A DNA stretch of 62,828 nt, the filler included, from Globobulimina sp. (lineage: Eukaryota), in the NCBI GenBank assembly GCA_003354225.1. It is 16 parts of 16 records of this genome, joined end to end, with 100 filler letters (N's around TTAATTAATTAA, not from the genome) between each part and the next. Parts side by side here need not be neighbours in the genome. Positions count along the whole stretch, not along the records: positions 59,002 to 62,828 come from PIVH01002029.1; 15 more parts are not named here. The stretch is one strand, 5' to 3'. The position numbers were made by a program, and so were the translations under genes. Below, in pieces: positions 61,362 to 62,828 of the stretch. The notes beneath the pieces were generated by a model. That model made no database searches. It was not told the DNA's origin and worked only from the letters and a program-made list of their open reading frames with translations. How positions within the stretch are numbered: the stretch's first letter is position 1; every line of letters starts with the position of its first letter.

Positions 61362-62447
61362 TTAATCATTTTCCTTTGAATAACTATCATTTTGAACCCT
61401 TTTCACCATCAATAATTGCTGCCTTTTCAAGGCGGCTCTCATTGCTGCATCTCGTGCTGATAATGGTTTACCTCCATCCGTATTCACATTAGTCTTGTTA
61501 TTATTATTATTATTATTGTCTGTTTCCGTGTTTTCCATTTCCTTTAAATCAATATCTTGATTCTCATCTGGATCATTATCATTTAATTGAGTGACATTAG
61601 TTTTGTTTTTCTTTTTTGCGTTGGCAAAAATGTCAAACATTTTGGTTGGTTTACTTTTATTATTACGGATATTCATTATCTTTCTTTTTTTATTTCCATT
61701 ATTTGTATTCCTTTGTTTTCTATTTTTTTCATTTTCATTTATCACTCTTTCTTTCCATTCTTTATGTTTTCTAACCTCTCTTTTTTCATATTTATCGCAA
61801 AACATTTCATCATTTTCATACATGGGTTCCATTTCAAATTGTTTCCGTTTTCTTGGATTTATATTATTATTTGAATTAAAACATATATCTCGAATGTCAG
61901 CACACAATGTTTGAAATATATTTATTTGACATCTCATAGCATTGCATAATTCTTTTTCATTAACTTTAATTTTTCCGATTTTGGTAGCAACGACATAGAA
62001 TATGGCGGCTTTATGTGCCGAAGTGGCTAAATTTATATATTTTTGTTGTATTATTGGTAAAGAATTAATTTTTTGTGATTGATAGCGTCTATATATTTTA
62101 TCAAAGGATTTAATTGTTATAAGATTACATTTAAAATGTTTGGCTAATTCTTGAAATGAAAGTGTTTTATTTTTTGATATATTTAATTTATTTTGTATTT
62201 TATTAAATGCATTATTGTATTCTTTTGATTTTAAACCCAATTTATTTGCAATATTAATATCCCATTTTAATCCCAAATCTCGGTATGATAAATCTATACA
62301 AATTAAATATTTTAACATATCCAATGAACCTAAACTGCCTGACGTTTTTCTATTTAATTTACGTAAAAAATAATCTGCCTTTTGCACCACATTCTTATTT
62401 GCACCTAATCTTCTACAAATACGTGCTATTTCAACATTTAATGACAT
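61362..62447 (-). CDS. ORC6: Origin recognition complex subunit 6
   Basis: TFIIB-like ORC6 pattern: I..I.R.LG...V..KA, ICIDL, Y...FN.IQN.L, ELA..F.C, AA.FY..A, and C-terminal EWK motif. Confidence 0.8.
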   Translation of the reverse strand: MSLNVEIARICRRLGANKNVVQKADYFLRKLNRKTSGSLGSLDMLKYLICIDLSYRDLGLKWDINIANKLGLKSKEYNNAFNKIQNKLNISKNKTLSFQELAKHFKCNLITIKSFDKIYRRYQSQKINSLPIIQQKYINLATSAHKAAIFYVVATKIGKIKVNEKELCNAMRCQINIFQTLCADIRDICFNSNNNINPRKRKQFEMEPMYENDEMFCDKYEKREVRKHKEWKERVINENEKNRKQRNTNNGNKKRKIMNIRNNKSKPTKMFDIFANAKKKNKTNVTQLNDNDPDENQDIDLKEMENTETDNNNNNNNKTNVNTDGGKPLSARDAAMRAALKRQQLLMVKRVQNDSYSKEND

Positions 62448-62828
62448 ATTTAATTACTCTTAAACTCGGATTCTGAACAAATAAAAAACTCAAATTCAAA
62501 AACTCTTTCTTGAGTTTCTTCTTTGTAACTAACAAAAACTACTCAATGCAACTGCTAAATCTTTGTTGTTTTTGTTTTAGTTTTTCTTTGTTGTTTTCGT
62601 GTGATTGCATTTGCTTTACATTGTACGAATGGTTTGAGCTTAATCTATTTATACATATTTTCATAATCATTGTCGTTCCTGTTTTAGGATCCATAGACTT
62701 TTGGGATTTTGGAACTTTGCGATTCTTCTGTCTCGCTGCAGATATAAACGTTTCTCAAGGTTTTGAGCAGGTTTTTCTGTCAATCAGCAACGCATTTGTT
62801 ACCTTATAACGTTTTTGTCACCCAGCAA

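Noticed and set aside
62510-62828. Hydrophobic 99-aa plus-strand ORF, or a possible upstream gene end on the minus strand
   Set aside because: It reflects T-rich compositional bias, and no consistent gene model exists on either strand.
1-62828. Prokaryotic or viral origin, with operons or defence islands
   Set aside because: More than 20 GT-AG introns (most checked for frame) and eukaryote-specific genes (ORC6, GCN2, dynein, ARF, CK2-beta) indicate a eukaryotic nuclear genome.

Overview
This window is not one locus. It is 16 unrelated contigs of about 3.83 kb (3839 down to 3827 nt, sorted by length), joined by 15 artificial 100-nt linkers (44 N + TTAATTAATTAA + 44 N), so adjacency across a linker means nothing. 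The DNA is AT-rich, very gene-dense and eukaryotic, with short GT-AG introns (about 36-134 nt; I checked most junctions for reading frame by hand). This style suggests a protist, possibly a foraminiferan or other rhizarian, which is an inference. Recognisable genes: CK2-beta, ARF, cytosolic-type LeuRS, DNAH10-like axonemal dynein, a multi-KH protein, a C45 Ntn-hydrolase, SDR, AKR, a multicopper oxidase, a ferric reductase/NOX-family protein, PITH, MYND, CAP-Gly, USP, GCN2, DRC5/TCTE1 and ORC6. The most interesting items are: a UBA-like + ADP-ribosyltransferase-like (H-S-E) protein paired head-to-head with an F-box-like gene; an XK-like membrane protein carrying EF-hand and C2 domains; a receptor-like TM-SAM-USP deubiquitinase; an unnamed ~42-aa helical module in two neighbouring genes; an LRR-multipass receptor with a hypervariable LRR face; and a bacterial-looking C45 gene. 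I found no rRNA, tRNA, CRISPR array or transposon. All family calls come from motif recognition by eye, not from database searches.
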